Part shown: positions 62,001-64,000 of the stretch, piece after piece
Numbering within the stretch: position 1 is the first letter of the stretch
Layout of the letters: every line of letters starts with the position of its first letter
NCBI GenBank assembly: GCA_001825665.1
Contig: MHXZ01000112.1
Coordinates: 18,994 to 82,993, forward strand
DNA: 64,000 nucleotides
DNA from: Planctomycetes bacterium GWF2_41_51
GTDB lineage: Bacteria > Planctomycetota > Phycisphaerae > Sedimentisphaerales > UBA12454
Reading direction: 5' to 3'
Position numbers and translations under genes: made by a program
Notes under the pieces: generated by a model
The model's input: the letters and a program-made list of their open reading frames with translations, nothing else
Told to the model about the DNA's origin: nothing
Database searches by the model: none

Positions 62001-63989
62001 TTACGCGTCGCTTGCGTGACTGATATATCTGCGTTTCCTTGTGCCCCTGTAAACGCTAAGCACAATCGCGATTCCAAGAATTACCGCAGGTGCCGAAAGC
62101 ATATTAAAATTCCGCAGCTTATTGCCAAGCTGTTCTTTACGCTGCAATTTAACTTTCTTAATTTCCTGCAACTGTCTTTTCGCTTCGAGAATATTCAGCT
62201 CAAGCTCTTTTTTCTTTTGCAGAATCGTACTGCCGACAAGGTCTTCCTGTCCCTCCTGTGCGGAGCTTAGGATTTTGCGCAGTTCATCTTCAAACCCTGC
62301 AATCTTTGCGTTAATTTTATTTTCTTCTTCAGCCGTTTGAAGGTCAGCTTCTGCTTCGATTTTATCTACTTTAATAAACGGCCGTTTGAAATTACCTCTC
62401 GACCTGATGGAAATCAATTCGCTCGACCCGCATAAATCGTCAATCGCATTCAGCAATAGTGCGCTGTTATCGCCGACAACCATCATTCCGAAAAACGAAT
62501 TTCTATATGCCAGTACATCGCTGATAAAATCTATATCCGCAAAAACCGCAACTGCGCAATTCTCTGTTGCCTGTGCGACACCATCGATATGGTTGACTTT
62601 CTTCGGCCCATTCGGGTCATTGGCATCCATCGGCTCTTCAGTCTCGATATCTATTCCATTCGGAAATGCGCTCTTGAGTTTGCCCGTAATCAGATAACCC
62701 ATATTCACCGGCTCTGTCCCAGGCACAAATTTCTTCATCAGCGTTCCCATATCCGGCGTCATCAATTCATATTGATTATTCACACGCCAGCTATTGCCCT
62801 GCTTGGTCGTCATAACCAGCGGAATCCGCTCAAGATTCATTTCCTTCTTTTCTTCGTCAGTCATCGGCAGTTCTTTCAAAACACCGCTGAACAGAAAATC
62901 AACCTGGTTCAGTTCCGCCGAAATCGCGACATTTTTATTAAAGCACTCCGAATTGGTCTGGAGATAACCGATAATCATCTGAGGCCTTTCGCCCTGCCGA
63001 AGCGCCGCCTCGACAGCGATACTCATATCGCCCGCAAACGTATTCTTCGGCATCTCAAGTCCCCAGTGTGCCAGCAGTTTATCAAGCTCCGACGATGGAT
63101 CGTGCTGCATCTGCATTTGCATCATCTGCTGTTGCTGGGGAGGCATATCAACAACACTGTAAGGATCAACGCAAATAACCGTTCTGCCGCCGTTGACAAC
63201 AAACTGGTCAATCGCAAATTGCGTCTGCTCCGGCAAATCCTTCGGATGCACAACCAGCAGCAAATCAACATCTTCAATTTTATTTGCATCAGCCGGTATA
63301 TTTTTCAATTCATATTGCTGTTTCAACTGTGTCGCGATTCCCCATGGCTGGGTAGGCTGCTGCCCCTGCATCTGCATCATTCGTGCCATATAAGGCGTAA
63401 CATCATCGCCCATCACCGGCAGCGAACTAAGAATCCCAACCCGTTTTTTCTGCCGTGTAATCGCCGTATCAATCAGATAGCTGATATCATATTCAATAAA
63501 ATTCTGCCGCTGCGGAGAGAACACAGGTATCGTCTTTTCAACTCCGAACTGCGTCTGCACAACAAGTCCAAAGAAGAAATTTTCCTCTTCCGTTATTGGA
63601 AATTTCTTCAATCCATATCGCGTCGCCGCAACCTCATCATCCGAATACGGCCGCGGGTCGATAACCTCTAACTGCACCATTCCCTTGCCCGCCGCCGCAT
63701 ATTCCTCCAGCAGCGAACGCACAAACTCATAATAATTATTGAAATAGCGAATCTGGTCAGGCCCCTTCATCGCCGCAGTCTTACTGTAATAAAGTTTCAT
63801 CCTTATCGGCTGATTCAGTTTGCCAAGTATCGCCTTCGTACCATTTGATAAGCTGTAAATCTTCTGCTCTGTAACATCAGCTTTAAGATTTTTCCCCGCA
63901 CTCTCACTGATACTTATAAAACTGAACGCTATAATCAGCACGAACACAACGCCTGCGATTTTTCGAATCGTTTTATTCTCATCCAGCAC
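62001..63989 (-). CDS. gldG: GldG-like auxiliary component of an ABC-type (gliding-motility-type) transporter
   Basis: N-terminal TM helix, then ADVTEQKIYSLSNGTKAILGKLNQPIRMKLYYS (the GldG family opening), and a C-terminal TM helix. The cognate ABC ATPase and permease genes would lie beyond the window. Confidence 0.75.
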   Translation of the reverse strand: MLDENKTIRKIAGVVFVLIIAFSFISISESAGKNLKADVTEQKIYSLSNGTKAILGKLNQPIRMKLYYSKTAAMKGPDQIRYFNNYYEFVRSLLEEYAAAGKGMVQLEVIDPRPYSDDEVAATRYGLKKFPITEEENFFFGLVVQTQFGVEKTIPVFSPQRQNFIEYDISYLIDTAITRQKKRVGILSSLPVMGDDVTPYMARMMQMQGQQPTQPWGIATQLKQQYELKNIPADANKIEDVDLLLVVHPKDLPEQTQFAIDQFVVNGGRTVICVDPYSVVDMPPQQQQMMQMQMQHDPSSELDKLLAHWGLEMPKNTFAGDMSIAVEAALRQGERPQMIIGYLQTNSECFNKNVAISAELNQVDFLFSGVLKELPMTDEEKKEMNLERIPLVMTTKQGNSWRVNNQYELMTPDMGTLMKKFVPGTEPVNMGYLITGKLKSAFPNGIDIETEEPMDANDPNGPKKVNHIDGVAQATENCAVAVFADIDFISDVLAYRNSFFGMMVVGDNSALLLNAIDDLCGSSELISIRSRGNFKRPFIKVDKIEAEADLQTAEEENKINAKIAGFEDELRKILSSAQEGQEDLVGSTILQKKKELELNILEAKRQLQEIKKVKLQRKEQLGNKLRNFNMLSAPAVILGIAIVLSVYRGTRKRRYISHASDA

Positions 63990-64000
63990 AACCGCGCAAG

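Noticed and set aside
62589-63671. A 360-aa + strand ORF inside the GldG-like gene. Similar long antisense ORFs occur at 49464-50381 (+), 33032-33559 (-), 37117-37736 (+), 42737-43297 (+), 57721-58248 (+), 36213-36608 (+) and 28251-28871 (+).
   Set aside because: All lie antisense to genes with strong family signatures. Their translations are compositionally skewed (rich in R, H, I, L, F and C) with no recognisable motifs. They are shadow ORFs.
1-64000. A scan for CRISPR arrays, tRNA, rRNA, tmRNA, RNase P or SRP signatures, and large (>100 nt) internal duplications.
   Set aside because: By eye I found no regularly spaced 25-40-nt repeats, no cloverleaf-like or conserved RNA core sequences, and no long duplicated blocks. 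A computational scan (tRNAscan-SE, Infernal, minced, self-dotplot) is still needed.

Overview
This 64 kb window is a chromosomal segment with low to moderate GC content. By inference it comes from a PVC-superphylum bacterium, probably Planctomycetota/Phycisphaerae-like. The hallmarks are a DUF1559/H-X9-DG prepilin-type protein, a PEP-CTERM protein, dockerin-like modules and giant beta-strand-repeat exoproteins. No rRNA or tRNA genes and no CRISPR array were seen.

Contents from left to right:
- **1-9.7 kb:** an AraC-linked exoprotein locus. Its three minus-strand transcription units each carry the same ~46-nt upstream element.
- **10.4-12.7 kb:** a rubrerythrin-like gene and a PAS histidine kinase / CheY pair.
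- **12.8-22.9 kb:** a complete, tightly coupled T2SS/type-IV-filament cluster (E, F, major pseudopilin, four minor pseudopilins, L-like, M-like, secretin). The GspJ-position pseudopilin is an unusual 644-aa protein.
- **22.9-24.7 kb:** a glycogen-synthase-like glycosyltransferase.
- **24.8-30.2 kb:** an orphan three-gene operon led by a PilM/PilN-like fusion. It is followed by two uncharacterised membrane-anchored proteins with Gly/Met/Pro-rich tails. This is my best candidate for an undescribed envelope system.
- **30.2-45.4 kb:** housekeeping genes, namely mtaB, efp, the purA-uppS-cdsA-phoH-pgpH-ybeY-recO operon and pgpA.
- **Elsewhere in the window:**
  - a secreted tandem retropepsin-like protease;
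  - a kinase-fold/polytopic-membrane fusion with a partner gene;
  - a zur-znuACB operon with promoter and operator;
  - a MntA/HepT pair;
  - dgt and a HIT gene;
  - two paralogous lipoproteins;
  - ilvD followed by two YkgJ-type genes;
  - a LysE-family gene;
  - a radical SAM gene;
  - a CPA2-EIIA fusion;
  - a frameshifted IS110-family transposase with structured flanks;
  - GldG and DUF4340 genes.

Several intergenic regions carry short phased tandem 'word' repeats and small dispersed motifs. All functional calls rest on motif recognition by eye. No database search was run.
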